Source: the human T2T-CHM13v2.0 reference genome, Homo sapiens. From it: a stretch of DNA of 64,000 nt. A program made the translations under genes and the position numbers. The stretch is from NCBI GenBank assembly GCA_009914755.4, contig CP068257.2, positions 16,672,001 through 16,736,000 of the forward strand. The letters run 5' to 3'. The notes beneath the pieces are model-generated. The model ran no database searches, had not been told where the DNA came from, and was given only the letters and a program-made list of their open reading frames with translations. Below are positions 13,501-27,686 of this stretch, one piece after another (the first letter of the stretch is position 1; every line of letters starts with the position of its first letter).

Positions 13501-14070
13501 ATGATGAACATGCCGCTATTTTGTTTGCTCCTGTTGATTATTTTATGGATATACTAAAACACCTAGTGTCGGAGGGTTGGGCACGCCAGCAAATAGCATT
13601 AAATTCCTACACTGTGGTGCTTTACTCTGGTTGTCTCCAATAAGTTAATGATGTTAATTATTTAATTGAATGTTGTTGGCATGCCAACAGCTCTCTTGCC
13701 TGTTTCCTTCTTTGCTCTCTGAAAATGTTCTTGATATGGGAAACATGACAGTCTTCTTTCCTTAGAGGGTCAAGTATCCTACTTTTAACATTTAACATGG
13801 CCCTCTTCAATGAACAAAATTCAACACTCCTTACACATCAGAGAAATCCAAGTAGGTCTGCTTAAAAACTTTTGTGGCTGCCTACTTTGAACGAACTCAG
13901 GTAACGGTACTACAGATGTAAAGGAGGAAAAATCATCTTCATTAAGATGAGGAAGAATAAGTGTCACAGAAGGAAAGCATTAAAATCATGATTTTGGCCT
14001 TGAAATTCTGTACACCTTTGCTGTTTTGCTCCAAAAGTTATGATGCAATGTGTGATTTATGGGCTCCTAC

Positions 14071-14211
14071 CTGGAATCCCCAAGTGATAGCCAGTAGTAA
14101 AGTTTGCTTTAAACCCTCCTCTTGCCAACACATCGTTAGTGATGAGAAGCACAGTCATTCTGTTGGTGGTAGAGAACACATCCTTTACTGGGCCAGGCCC
14201 TGTGTACACAG
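14071..14211 (-). CDS. TMPRSS15: TMPRSS15 exon: CUB domain 2, C-terminal third (A)VYTGPGPVKDVFSTTNRMTVLLITNDVLARGGFKANFTTGYHLGIP
   Basis: Acceptor ttttcctttggaacag|CTGTG and donor TTCCAG|gtagga. The CUB C-terminal consensus (…F.SD.S….GF.A.Y) is continuous in phase with the exons at 16806 and 2930. Confidence 0.9.
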
Positions 14212-15490
14212 CTGTTCCAAAGGAAAACGAGATAATCAGTGAGATGATCCTTTGGATCTAGAAGGAAATGTACCCCACATCTCAGTTCCCTCTGCCAGAC
14301 GTAGGGCTACATGTTACATGGCTCGCTCATAGAGCAGCCACAAGTAAATGAACACACACATTCTCTTACATTTTGAACACTTCTCAACAAAGCAAACTTC
14401 TCTTTAAATTTTGATATTTCTTGAGGTTTGTGCAACTCTATAATGTAATGATGAATTACTTATAATATATCTGACTTAGTACCACTGCTATTCAAAGCTC
14501 ATGTTATCCCAGACAAATGACTGACTACTTATAAAGACCTTTATAAAACAATGGAGTTTATAGTCACCTTTACTAAATTTTTGACCAAACATATTCAGTA
14601 TTTTTTTGTATGTGGAATCATAAACCTAATCTGAAGGATGGATTATTTGGAGATTGGGAATATTAACTACATGGTGGCTTTTAAACCTTTTGCCCTTAAT
14701 CCCTCAGCTTTGGGGATTTCATAAACAATAAAACATTCTTTACTATATTTCAGCTAATTAAAAAATACATTTATTAAGAAAGTTTTATATGTTGGAAGCC
14801 CTGAAAGTGATTCAGTTTCAAAAGACCTTCCTGCCTACAAATTTTAAAACAATAAATCAGAGATCTTTCTGGAATTCTTATTTACTTTTCAATGATTTGT
14901 TTAACTATTAACAGATGAAATGATACGTTTTAATTTTTTAGATGATGAGAACTCTGAAGTTTTTATTTGAAGAATAATTTGATCTAAAATAGAAAAACTA
15001 TTTAAAATTTTTTATAGGTGTATAAAAGAACCAAATTTCAGATTCCTCAGTTCTTGCCACTCTTCTAGTCCCAACAAAATTTTCTTTATTTGTTCTATGT
15101 GTGGCTCCCAAAATCCTCTCCCAGGAAGCTCACACTCTAGAACTTTGTGAGATTTTGCTGTAGAATTCTACATAAGGGTTGACTGATGAAAAGGTTGGGG
15201 AACCCTCCCCACCACACTGTCCCTTGATGTGCTCTAGAAAATTTTCTCTGGAGTATTCATTGATTAGTTGCAGCATTCATGTGATTGTATCCTGACTGCA
15301 TATCTATTAGATCAGATTTTACAATACATGATGAATACAAGTCCAAAGCACAGTTAGATAAAACACTTTTTTTGTGTGTGGGAGGGCGATAAAACACTTT
15401 TTAGTTGTGCCATGTCATTCATCAAAATTGATCATTTGAGCATCTTTATTTAATGTGTGACTTATCAAGAGACACCTTTTTCTTAAAAAT

Positions 15491-15716
15491 GACCAGTGTG
15501 GCCAACATGGTGAAACCCCGTCTCTACTAAAAATACAAAAAATTAGCCGGGCGAGGTGGTGGGCGCCTGTAATCCAATCTACTCTGGAGGCTGAGGCAGG
15601 AGGATCGCTTAAACCAAGGAGATAGAGGTTTCAGTGAGCTGAGATCGCACCACTGCACTCCAGCCTGGGTGACAGAGCGAGGCTCCATCTCAACAACAAC
15701 AGCAACAGCAAAAAAT
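15491..15716 (+). mobile_element. 5'-truncated Alu (lacking ~85 nt of 5' end) with a (CAA)n/A tail
   Basis: gaccagtgtggccaacatggtgaaaccccgtctctactaaaaatacaaaaaattagccgggcg…ccactgcactccagcctgggtgacagagcgaggctccatctcaacaacaacagcaacagcaaaaaa. Confidence 0.85.
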
Positions 15717-16194
15717 AGTGGTAGTTAGATAACATATTAGCTATTATGTTTGACTGATAGCTTTTTAGTGTGTCAGCATGTATTCTATTATCTATAGAAT
15801 ACACAAAATTTCCTCTATAATAGTACACTCTGTAATAGCACAAAAATTTCCTCTACAAGAGTACACTCTCCCTAGCCTTATTTTAAAATAATCAATAAAT
15901 AAAAAAGAAAAATAAACTGGTCAATTTTTTGAAGCATTCTCAGGTACCTACACAGAAGCAGCTAGTACTAGAGACACAGCCAAAGTAATAATAAAATGTA
16001 AAGTAAAACTCATTAAAAATTTCGTATAACACAATTTGAATAGTTTGAAGTAAAATAAAAACTGATTTAAGAGCTATCTTTGGACATCCGATGTACACAT
16101 AAAGAGAACTACATAATGGGTGTCCTTAGCTTCTAGTCTCCAATGGGTAGTGCTTGTGGTAGTCAATTAATACCAGCTGGTAGGAACTGATGAC

Positions 16195-16585
16195 TCAAAA
16201 ATATTGTCCAAAATAGTTAAACTCATGGAGATAGAGAGTAGAATGATGGTTACAAGTGGCTGGAAAGGCTACTGGGAGGGGTGGTGGAGTGAGGATGATC
16301 AATGGATACAAAAATATAGTTAGAATGAATAAGATCTAGTATTTGATAGCACAATAGGGTGACCACAACCAATAATAAGTTACTGCATATTTAAAAATAA
16401 CTAAAAGAATATAATTGGGTTGTAACACAAAGACAGGAAAAATGCTTGAGGTGATGGATACAGTATTCACACTGATGTGATTATTATGCATTGTAGGCCT
16501 GTATCAAAATATCTCATGTATCCCATAAATACACACACCTACTATGTACCCATGAAAATTAAGAACAAATTTAAAAAGTAAAAAT
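16195..16585 (+). mobile_element. Old L1 3'-end fragment, antisense to the gene
   Basis: gatggttacaagtggctggaaagg…aaaatatagttagaatgaataagatctagtatttgatagcacaatagggtgaccacaaccaataataag…cttgaggtgatggatacagtattcacactgatgtgattattatgcattgtaggcctgtatcaaaatatctcatgtatcccataaatacacacacctactatgtacccatgaaaattaag. Confidence 0.75.
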
Positions 16586-16805
16586 AATTAGTCCTGCTTT
16601 GTGAAGAACGTTCAAGAAAAATATTACGTTGTCACTATTTTAAATATACCCTATATTGTAAGTTCCACATAAACTCATGTCACTTTACTATTGTATTTTC
16701 ATTTTGCAAGTTGTAAAAGAGTGATTACATTAATTAAGAAACGCTTTCCATCAGCACAACATCTTGAGCTTTACAACCTTTACAATATTCAGATTGCAGA
16801 CTTAC

Positions 16806-16931
16806 CTAAGAGCAAGGAATCAGCTTCTTCACCATCTCTTATTTCAACTACATCGTTAATATTTTCTAAGTCAAATTCTTGAAAATGAAGTTGTATATTC
16901 TTTCCTTTTTGTGCATTTAAAATCCAAACAC
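16806..16931 (-). CDS. TMPRSS15: TMPRSS15 exon: CUB domain 2, middle (C)VWILNAQKGKNIQLHFQEFDLENINDVVEIRDGEEADSLLL
   Basis: Acceptor cttactttttag|GTGTTTGG and donor CTCTTAG|gtaagt. CUB core motifs C.W.I and VEIRDG are present. The preceding exon supplies T to complete TGT (Cys). Confidence 0.9.
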
Positions 16932-18426
16932 CTAAAAAGTAAGAAGTAACATTTAATTTGGAACACACTTGGTGATTTCTCTTAAAAGCTTCACTCTCTT
17001 GAGAATTTCAAATAACTTAAAAAAAAATCAATTTTTTTTCCACTTCATGAAAATCAGTGTTTCAAGGTGTTTCTTTTTTCTTTTCATTATTTTTTTTTTG
17101 TAAGAAAATATATTGGTTTAGTCAATTATATTTATAGTAACATTTCAATTAAATTTGAAATTAGTATAATTGATATTTTTATGAAATGGAATACTTTAAT
17201 CAAAGTTTACAAATATTATTTTACCTCTACAATATAACATTTATGAATATCAAAGGATACTAAAATTATAGTTTCATTTATTTAATTTTCCATGATCAAA
17301 TTTAGAAGAAAATTAGGTAATTAAAATCCACTTTATAGGACAAGTAAGCTTTAATATTTATTTTAAAATTTTTGCATTTATTTACATTTAGTTCATTAAA
17401 AAAACAAAATAAAACAAGACTACCAGCATCAATAAACACTTCTTGTTTTTATTGATTTCGTAAATAATTCAACCTTCAGATTTTTTTCTAGGCTATTCTT
17501 CTCTCATTCTGTATTAGTTTTCTCATTCACTCTTAAGAAATATAATTATATTTATATAGTAAAATTTCTGTCTTTATTTTCTGCTCTTTTCTCAGATGCA
17601 GGCAAATTTATTGACTTATTTACTGTATATGGCTGTACATATTTCAAATCCAACATGTTCTAAAGAAAAAGCAGAATTATCTCTTTTGCAAACTCATTTA
17701 TCTTATTCTTCCTATCTCAGTGGCACTACTAATCATCCACTCATAGTTCTCTATGCTTGAAACCTCAGCACCTTCCTTGACCTCCTTTCTCCTACCACAT
17801 CCGATCAATCACCTAAGCCTGTTATTACTACCTCCAACATCCTTTGAACCCCATTTACTTCTCAACGTCCCTTGCCACCACAACAGGAGTTCAAATCACT
17901 ATAGTTTCTCATCTCCTAATTGGCGATGCTGATGATTCTCATCCCTTACCATCGATCTCTGATCTAAAATGCAAGCTCGTTTTTATCGCCATTTTCCTGT
18001 AAACCATTCAAAGACTCCCCAGTGCTCTCAGAATAAATTCAAACTTCATAACATGGTGTAAAATTCTTTCACACTTCTAATTTTACCCATTACCATTATT
18101 TAATTTTTCTTGGAGATTCAAGAAACAGTTGTCTCCTACTTTGGTATGTCAAGGACTCTCCACAGAGTCCTGCCTTTACCCTTATTATAACAGTATTTTG
18201 GACATTTTGTGCCTGACAACATATCTGAGTCACCATCTATACTGTGCTACATTTGTGTCTTCTTTACTTACTTCAGATTAAGGAAATAAAGTATTGAATA
18301 CACATTCGTCAAATAAACAAACATTTTTAAATTTAATAAATTTCTCCAAATTGTTTAAATGTTCCACTTCTTGTTGGATTTTTCAGATTATCACTTTGTT
18401 CAAATGATGTTTAAAAGATGTCTTCA

Positions 18427-18785
<359 letters not shown>

Positions 18786-19721
18786 TTAGTTGCTGTTTAT
18801 TTTTTGGGGATGAGGTATTTGTCTACAATATTGGCCCTATATGCACCTATGAAAGTGATGCTCTCTTATCTCTTGATCATCTGAAGGAGCAAGGTTGGCT
18901 TTTTCTGAAGACACATTTTTCCCACCACTGAGGCATTTCTTTCATTGACAGAATTTTCCATTTAGCTTACTGGCCTTAACAAGGCACGACCATGGAAAGA
19001 TGTTTGTTACCCAGTCCAGACTCCTGAAGTGGAACCTTTGTAGGATGGGCTAGGGAATCTGCATCTCCAACACAATCTTTATGTATCTTTATATGAGTTT
19101 ATCTATTTAGGAACATTGATGTAGAGGTAGTCTTTATGCAGTTTTAGCAAACTATTTTCTCTAGACAAATTTTTTAGTGATCTTTCTTATAATTTTATTT
19201 TTTATACTGGAAATAATTACATTACTGTAGCTATCTGCTTTATTGGCTCTAGTGTATATTTGCAAAAAGTGTGAATGCTACAACTGGTTCTTTACTTTTT
19301 AATACTTTCCATTGTCTTTGTCCTATGAAATTGCAAACTTGTTAAACACACTATAGACATTATATGCACAAACAAGGAGAGTGATTTAGAAAGCGGTGTC
19401 TGGAGTAACACTGGTTCTCTCACTGTTGTTATTCAACTTCTAAATTTGGAATTATAATAATGACACCTGCTTCAAGAAGTTCTTGTGGGAAATGAATGAA
19501 ATAATGTATATTGGGCATTAACACAGTGCCTGGCATGAAACAAATGCTATATATATTTAGCAATTATTGTTATTTTTGTTGTTATATTAAGCAATCTTAT
19601 AGGTAGACATGATAGGTGTACCCATGTTTGACAAATTTATAATCTACTTTGCTGCGTCAAGGGGAGATCTACATTTCATATGGACATTTGTTTCTGATGA
19701 CCTGGAAAAGAAATGACTCAC

Positions 19722-19811
19722 AGAAAGCCAGATTAGGGTAGCTGTTTGGAAAGTTCGTAGAACTGAATGTTGTATTTGGCTCCCACAGCTCAAAAGGTCC
19801 TCCACAGTCCG
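19722..19811 (-). CDS. TMPRSS15: TMPRSS15 exon: CUB domain 2, N-terminal (T)DCGGPFELWEPNTTFSSTNFPNSYPNLAF
   Basis: Acceptor ctttccttttcag|CGGACTGTGG and donor GGCTTTCT|gtgagt. CUB start motif CGG….G.F.SPNYPN.YP.N. Phase joins ELP-T from the exon at 29055. Confidence 0.9.
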
Positions 19812-19999
19812 CTGAAAAGGAAAGCAATGGGAAATCATCAGTAATACAATGTTTATTTCAGAGAGATAATACCATATGCCAGCGAATTTTCAATTACATT
19901 TCTTAGAATACAAATTTTGGCAAGTAAATTTTAGAGTCATGTTAGGGTAAATGCTGCAGTTTAAGTAAAGGAAAAATACAGTTAAGTAGATAAGAGCTC

Positions 20000-20895
20000 T
20001 AATGATCAGTGATGTTGAGCTTTTTTTCATGTGATTGTTGGCCGCATGTATGTCACCTTTTGAAAAGTGTTCATGTCCTTTGCCCACTTTTTTGTGGGGT
20101 TGTTTATTCTTTTTCTTATAAATTTAAGTTCTTTATAGAAGCTGGATATTGGATCTTTGTCAGATGCATAATTTGCAAAAGGTACCATCTGACACCAGTC
20201 AGAATGGCTATTAGTAAAAAGTCAAAAAATAACAGATATTGGACAGTTTGTGGGAAAAAATGAACACTTATAGACTGTTGGTGGGAACGTAAATTAGTTA
20301 AACTATGTGGAAGACAGTGTGGTAATTTCTCAAAGACCTAAAGACAGAAATACAATTTGACCCAGCAATTCCGCTACTCGGTATATACCCAAAGGAATAT
20401 AAATCATTCTATTATAAAGACACATGCACACGTTTTTTCATTGCAGCGCTATTCAAAATAGGAAAGACATTGAATCAACCTAAATGTCCATCAATGATAG
20501 ACTGACTAAAGAAAAGGTGGTACATATATACCATAGAATACTATGCAGTAACAAAAAATAATAAGATCATGACATTTGCAGGGACATGGATGGAGCTGGA
20601 GACCATTAACCTTAGCAAACTAACACAAGAACAGAAAATCAAATTCTGTATGTTCTCACTTATAAGTGAAAGCTAAATGATGAGAGCACATGGACACACA
20701 GAGGGAAACAACACACACTGGGGCCTTTCGGAGGGTGGAGAGTGGTAGGAGGGAGGGGAATCAGGAAAAACCACTTGTGAGTACTAGGCTTAATAGCTGG
20801 GTGATAAAATAATCTGTACAACCAACCTCCATGACACGAGTTTACCTGTGTAACAAACCTGCACTTGTTCCCCTGAACGTAAAAGTAAAAAAGAA
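20000..20895 (+). mobile_element. L1 (L1PA/PB-like) fragment of ~0.9 kb covering the ORF2 C-terminus and 3'UTR, antisense to the gene; ends ~190 bp from the acceptor of the exon at 19811
   Basis: Close match to the L1 ORF2 end and 3'UTR: …cagaatggctattagtaaaaagtcaaaaaataacagatattgg…tatatacccaaaggaatataaatcattctattataaagacacatgcacacg…ctaacacaagaacagaaaatcaaattctgtatgttctcacttataagtg…tgtaacaaacctgcacttgttcccctgaacgtaaaagtaaaaaag. Confidence 0.85.
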
Positions 20896-23800
20896 AATTG
20901 GAAAAAAAAATAGATAAGAACTTCTCAAAATTTCTTTAGCATTCTTATGGCCTTTGTGAATCTTCAAGAAAGCAAGATAGTGCACAGCACTTCCCTAAAA
21001 TTATTTGTACAAAGGAAATTTTTTTGTCAAATATCTTTTATAAATAGGTTTCATAAACTAAGATATAAAATCCCTACTGTAGAAAATGTTTACTTAAAAT
21101 AAAACAAATTCAATATTTACCACTCTCTAACAAGAAAGGCTAGTAAATCATTTAATTCTGCAATTCTTGATTTTCCTTTTTTTTTCATTTTATTTATTTA
21201 TTTTTTGGTAGTCTTAAGGGGAAGCTTCACTATTCTGCACATGGATAGTAAGGAAAGCGAGACAAAATGAAACTTCATTTGCTTAATAAATGCTTAATCA
21301 ATGCCCCGATCTGGTAGCCAACATTGCGCAGAAGCCAGGTTGAGACGGGTAATGATTAAGGCAAATTTATTAAAACAACAGAGCAGAGGTCTTCCAGCTC
21401 AGAGTCTGACACTTTAAGTAGGTAGATTAACTTTATAAAATTCTTAACATACTTTGTTGTTTCATTTATTAGAAACAAATTCTAAAGTAATGTAAAAAAT
21501 CATCAACTATTTTAAGCATTCTAATTGTATCTAATTCTTGTTACCATTATTATGTTTTAAAACAAGACCAAAAGAAGAAAAGTAATCTCATTTGAAGAAT
21601 GCAGAAAACTGGAATAAATATATTCTTTTCTATTATGAAAGGCATATAATACTGAGATTATTTACCCCCAATAAACTAGAAATCAGATTTTGGGAGGGAT
21701 AATTAAGTGTCTCTACATCTATGACAGTGTTGATAGCCATACCCTCTTCCTTAATCTCTCTTTCATATATGTTCTGCCTTATTTATGTAAGTCACTTGAA
21801 ATTCATGTGCATCTTCAAAGTTTATATGTAACACACTGCTTAGATTTGGGTTTCATGATGCATATGATGGGACAGGAAGGCAATTACTCTGACTCAGTGT
21901 TGGGATCTTTGCCAACCTGTCCTGTTCTGTAAAGAGATAGGGCATGGTCCTGTTCTTCATGCCTTTCAGGGCCAGGTTTGTCTAGACCCAGATGAACTTA
22001 TCAAAATAATAAAATGTTTTACCAAATCTTGCAAAGTGCTTCCATGCATGTTATCTCATATGGGGAGAGAACGCAATGTATAAGAGGAGGATTTGTTGGA
22101 GCTGGTGGATGAAAATTGTGGCTCTGAGTTAGTTGTCTTGGAGACAACTAGATATATATTAAGGATTTTTTGGATTGTTGTAAAATTAGACATAATTTAA
22201 GAAATGTTCCTTTGCATTACCTGCCATACTTAGTACTGGTTTTCAAGGCAATCTTGTGGATTGGGTAATTACTATTATTACTTCAGTTTTACATGGAAAA
22301 TCTGAGAATTACAGATATTCACTTGCTTTTTAATGCCATACACAGCCACCTAGTGTCAAAGTCAAGACCTCATCATGGTTAATCTCGAGCTCATCCCACA
22401 GTAATTTACTGTCTCCTATTGGGTTGATTAAACTTTGGATAATTTCCACCATCTGGTTCACACTGCCATAGGCAGGGTTTAAATTGAGTCTCTATAATTG
22501 GCACTTGATACGTACATAACAAAAAAAGGAGGGCAGTGGATGAAAGCACTGACAAGTAAGGTCAAGGATGGCTAAACCTAGAAGGAAGAAGAGAGTGTAC
22601 ATGGGGTGCCGAGGAAGGCATGTGAACCAAAGAAGGAACAACAATGGAGAACAAGGGCAAGTTCTCAACAGGAAATCATGACTAATTTACAAAGATTTCA
22701 GAAGAAGGGTCTACCACAATCCTATAACCTCTACATACACATGGCACATTTAATTTCAATAATTCTACATTGCTATGAAATACTTCTTTTAAACCTTAAT
22801 GAGACCAGTGAAGGAGGGAATGTCTAACTAACTTCAGGGACAAATATTACACTCAGATATAAGACTGGGAAAAATTAACTTCCTATTTCACAAATTTAGC
22901 AGTGGCCAATACTGGGTTTTTAAAAAAATCTTTTTGTGTTTTTGTTTTTTACCATTATTCTTATTTTATCCTCAAGTAACAGGAAAAATGTAAAACCTTA
23001 TATTCCTGATAGAGTAAATAGCTGAGATTTGGAAAATGCATTGGATTTTGACATAATTGAACACTTAGTGTGCTATACTTAAAGATGAGTAGGTAGGATG
23101 TTAATGAGCACATAACAAGAACTCCAACGTTGTCAAGTGTAATAGTTAAGCCTGTCAAGGCAGGCAGTTTACTTAGGATTTCGCCACTAAACACAAGTCT
23201 TGGAAAATGCATCCCTTTAAAATACTTAAGTACTTTTTGAAATGCATTTAAATCATAATTATCAAATAACTGACCAATAAGACATCTCTGATCCCTGGCC
23301 TGATAAAATAGATCAGTTACTCTCTGCATATAAATGACTGTAAAGAATTGGTAAAAACACTTTAAGTCATTCTAAATATGACACAATTTATTTTAATGGT
23401 GATGTTGTTCTAGCAGAGATGTGGCATGTGCTTCTAATAGAGAAACAAAAGATTCATGAAATGTAATTCCAAATATCACAGTCATGCTGTGCCATTAGGT
23501 AAAACATCCTCAGCCAGGGAATGAGAGTAAAATAGCCTGTCTGGTATAGGGAATTATATTCATTTATAGTGTTAAATTCCTTTTTTTTTTTTTTCTGGGA
23601 GCTGTTCTCTCAAACACTTGTGTTCTGATTAATTTCTTACTATGCCAATAGGGATTTCCACTGCATATACTATGTAAATAACATGCAGTATTTGGCAAAG
23701 TGGTTGCCAAGGATAGATATTTTCCTTGATGCATGTCATTTTTTACTCCATGCTTAAGCTTCTGATGTCCGTGAAATGTGTGTTAATGCAGAGGTGTTTA

Positions 23801-24298
23801 CTGAGGGGTGGAAAAGAGAAGAGCCTAGCTTTCATCTACAATAAGAGGGTTTTAATTAAAGATATTTATGGCAAAACAAGAAATGAGAATATGGGAAAAA
23901 TAGATTTTTGATTGATACTTTATGTGATAGAATTAATAGATGTAGCTTGAGAAATAATACCTCCTATTGATCGATGTTTGAATATATAAAAAGTGGCTAA
24001 TTTTCAAAATTGGCTATTGTTTTTCATCATTATTGTAATAGATACACAAATCTTTTGGTATCACAAATAGCATTTTAAAAGTTTAGGTTGTAATTTAAAG
24101 TAAAATGTTCCATAAAATTTTGTGTTCATTTGATCAAAATTTATGTTTTCATTAACAAGTTATAGTGATCATTCCTGATATAAATATTTTTATTAAATGT
24201 GTAACAATAAAGTTCAGATTTTTATTCTCTGTACTCTAAATTTGGTTATCAATAAAAATCCAGACAATGAGAGCTCAAAAACGTAGGCTATTAGTTTG

Positions 24299-24476
24299 CT
24301 TTGTTTTGTCTTGTTTTGAGATTGAGTCTTACTCTGTTGCCCAGACTGGAGTGCTGTGGCTATTCACAAGCATGATCGTAGTGCACCCGAGCCTTGAACT
24401 CCTGGCTTCAAAGCATCATCCTGCCTCAGGCTTCCGAGTAGCTTGGACAACAGGTATGTGCCACTGTGCCTGGCTC
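24299..24476 (-). mobile_element. 5'-truncated Alu (right arm only) with its own TSD (t)aggctattagttt (24286-24298 and 24477-24489)
   Basis: gagattgagtcttactctgttgcccagactggagtgctgtggc…cctcaggcttccgagtagcttggacaacaggtatgtgccactgtgcctggctc, preceded by a degenerate T-rich tail and flanked by the direct repeat. Confidence 0.7.
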
Positions 24477-24699
24477 AGGCTATTAGTTTTAGAGGTAAAA
24501 TAATTAAATCAAAATAGAACAACCCAAAACACACTGATACAACTAAGCAAGCAGTTCTGCTGAATATGGCCATCAATTTCAAGAGAGGTAGAGAGGTAGA
24601 CAGGTACTGATTGATTCATATCTACATGAAGAACTAAAGTTAGATTATTTAGCTCTAAGTATTAGGTCACATCTACAAAACTTTCCAAATTAACTTTTT

Positions 24700-24833
24700 T
24701 TTCTTTCTTTTCCCCAGAGAGACAGGGTTTCGCCATGTTGGCGAGGCTGGTCTTGAATTATTGGCCTCAAGTGACCTGCCCCCCTCAGCCTCCCAAAGTG
24801 CTGGGATTACAGGTGTGAGGTACTGCACCCGGC
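24700..24833 (-). mobile_element. Free left Alu monomer (FLAM-like) or Alu left-arm fragment
   Basis: A T-rich tail, then gagagacagggtttcgccatgttggcgaggctggtcttgaattattggcctcaagtgacctgcccccctcagcctcccaaagtgctgggattacaggtgtgaggtactgcacccggcc. Confidence 0.7.
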
Positions 24834-26337
24834 CATGCCAAATTACCTTTAATTTACATTTGGAAGTAGAAAATGGCTTTAAAAATGGTGAAATAAAGAA
24901 AAACTGTGGAAATAAAGAGTGAATATTGAAATATCTAATACTATAGCTAGGTGTTTTGTTTTTGTTTTTCTTTTTAATTAGTTTTAAAAGCCCCAGAAAT
25001 AAGCCAGGGGCCTGAAATGTGGATTTTGTTTTGTATACACCTATTTCTATTCAGTAGGTATCTTGTCATGAATCATCAAAATTGTTTTAAATTGGCTTGA
25101 TCATCACGTAATGGAATGTTTATTCTCTTAAAGTGTACTCAGTGCAATCCCCACATTTAAATTCATTTGTACCAACATCACAGAGCAACAATTGTAGAAT
25201 CGATGCAGCAGAAAGTTATTAAAGTCATGAAATGGAATAATCTCTGTGGTTATGAAAGCCGAACTTACATTTCCTCAGACTAGGCACAATGTGGGTTCCC
25301 AGGAAAGAGGGAGGAAACTGAGCGTTATTACTCAGTCACTGATCTGGGACTGTTTTCTTCTTTAAGTGCTCTATACGAACCCAAAGAAAGGCTATTAGCC
25401 AGTCAGCCATGGTTTCCTTTTATTACTGCTTAAACAAGTCATTGATCTGGAACCAAAAAAGCTCTACTCAAATAAGAATTTCACTGAACCAATTGCAAAT
25501 GGCATTAGAATGAAATTTTTCAGAATACATTTGATGGTAATTAATGTTTTCTGCTGTGAAAAATATTGTCTTGAAGTGAACCATTTGGAAACTGGAACAA
25601 ATAGACTCCGGGCAGATTCTAAAGTTTATATTTTCAAATCAGATGGGTTATTCTTTCATTATAATTTCCCTATTGTTAAAATAGACAGGGACACCAAGCT
25701 TGACATAAAGGTGCTATCTTTTTCTCTTTCTGATTGGAATATAAATATGAAGACTATAAGGGTCATATAGATACATTTTTAACTTAAGAAATCATATTTA
25801 AAATTTTGTTTCTATGTATGATATGATGTAAAAAAGTTACCTCAAATTTTCTATTTTAGGTAATGGTGAGATGGTGCTACATTTTAAATATCAGGTCTAA
25901 GAAACTATATTACTTCCTCCTAGAAAATTTTTCTTCTTTATTATTTATGAATAAATAGGGGAACAAACTAGCAAAAAGAATTATCAAGAAAATCTATCAT
26001 GTTAAATGATTGAAATATCAAAATAGCAAAATGTTGCTGATATTTGGTATCTGTAGGAATAATTACTATTTATCAAGCAAGCCATGATTTTAATGATGCT
26101 GAATGTTGTTCTTGCAAAAAAACTCTTCCATATAATAAATAGGTAGGGTGTGGGTCACCTACACAAAATGAAGTGAGGCAATTATTTTTAAACAATGCCC
26201 CAAATCCAAAATTACTGCATTTATGTGGGTATTTTTTCCTACACCCATCCCTACCATCATTTCCAAACTTTAGTTTTGGTACCAAAATTTTGTTTAACAA
26301 AAGTTTCATGTCACCAAAATAAGAGTATATCCAAAAG

Positions 26338-26394
26338 AGAGAGAGACAGAGACAGACAGAGAGAGAGATAAAGAGAGAGAGAGAGAGAGAGAGG
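26338..26394. repeat. (GA)n microsatellite, interrupted
   Basis: agagagagagacagagacagacagagagagagataaagagagagagagagagagagag. Confidence 0.85.
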
Positions 26395-27686
26395 CTTAGT
26401 CTGTCTCTAATAGTATTTACTGATCACCAATTATTGTGATGTTAGGAATCAGTCATACACTGGTAAAGCAAAGGTAAATTTGACCTAGAGTTTGCTGTGA
26501 AGGAACTCACTTCTTGTCACAATTTTATGACCAATATTATTCCATGAGAATGTATGGTACTTTCCTGCTTTTGCATCCATTTTATGAGTATCATTCCGTC
26601 TTTTATCTGCACGCTTCCTTAAAGCCTTCTTCTGCTCACATTTTTTTTTTCTCCAAAGTCCTCTATCACTTACTTCTCTCATGTATTACTTTTAGGGGCA
26701 TATAATTATACATTGCTTCAAATATTTATTTATATATTTTTTCATGTATTAATGGTTATTGCTACATCTTACATTTCATCTGCAGTGTTTAGCAGATGGC
26801 AGATATTTATAAAATTTGAATGAATGATTAAATACTGAGTAACATATATATCTCATATAAGCATCTAAACATGTTAATACACAAGATAGTAAAAGCAAAC
26901 CGATCTTTTGGAGGAATGTAAGTGCTCATTCAATATGGTGGCATGGGATCAATATGACAATATAACTACTGTCTTCAACCTAATGGTAGCTCATTTGTTA
27001 CATGTTCTTAAATACCCATAATTAACCTTTAGATCCTTTTCATTGTTAAAGCCACTCATCTGAAAAGTCTGCTTTTTTTCCTTGAAGATTGGAAGCAGAA
27101 AAAGATAGAGTTTTGGAAGTAAACCAAATTTGGATAGGCTCTCCAAACTGATTTGCTGATATAATTTGGTAAAAGTATTAAGTGTGCTTCAAAGAAAATG
27201 AGAAATGGAAAAAGTACTGCGTTTGTGGGATCAGATCCATGCAGAACAAAACACACATGAGGTTTAACCCAAGCAAAGCCATAGAGCTAAGTCAGCTTCC
27301 AACCACCACAATCCAAAGAAAAAAGCATTGTTTTTTTTTGCATAAAAACAAGTGTAGTGAAAAAATCCCTATAGAAAGTCAGTGGATGTTTGTAATTATT
27401 TATTATCATAGGCATTTTTCTTTTTCTTTGTTTATCTGTCAAACCCCTAATCTGAAAGTAGTATGAAGTGATTGTCTTCTTTGACATGGATAATTTGAAT
27501 GGTAATGGGTTTTGTTCTGAAATGTCACGCTTCCAATTTGACTTAAGAGCACAAGTAGACACAGGCTCGATTTGGTTCTTTTGACTTAAAAGATCTTATA
27601 GGACATTGTGAACCTTGGTCACTTCTCAGGAGTAACACATGAGTGGATCCATGAAAGAAACATATGCCAAAGCCTTACAAAGGTAC

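Noticed and set aside
22961-23329. 122-aa minus-strand ORF (MQRVTDLFYQARDQRCLIGQLF…), on the same strand as the gene
   Set aside because: No CUB, MAM, LDLa or SRCR motifs, and no acceptor and donor pair that keeps phase with the flanking exons (19811 and 29055). The domain series is already continuous without it. In ~64 kb of AT-rich DNA a few chance ORFs of this length are expected.
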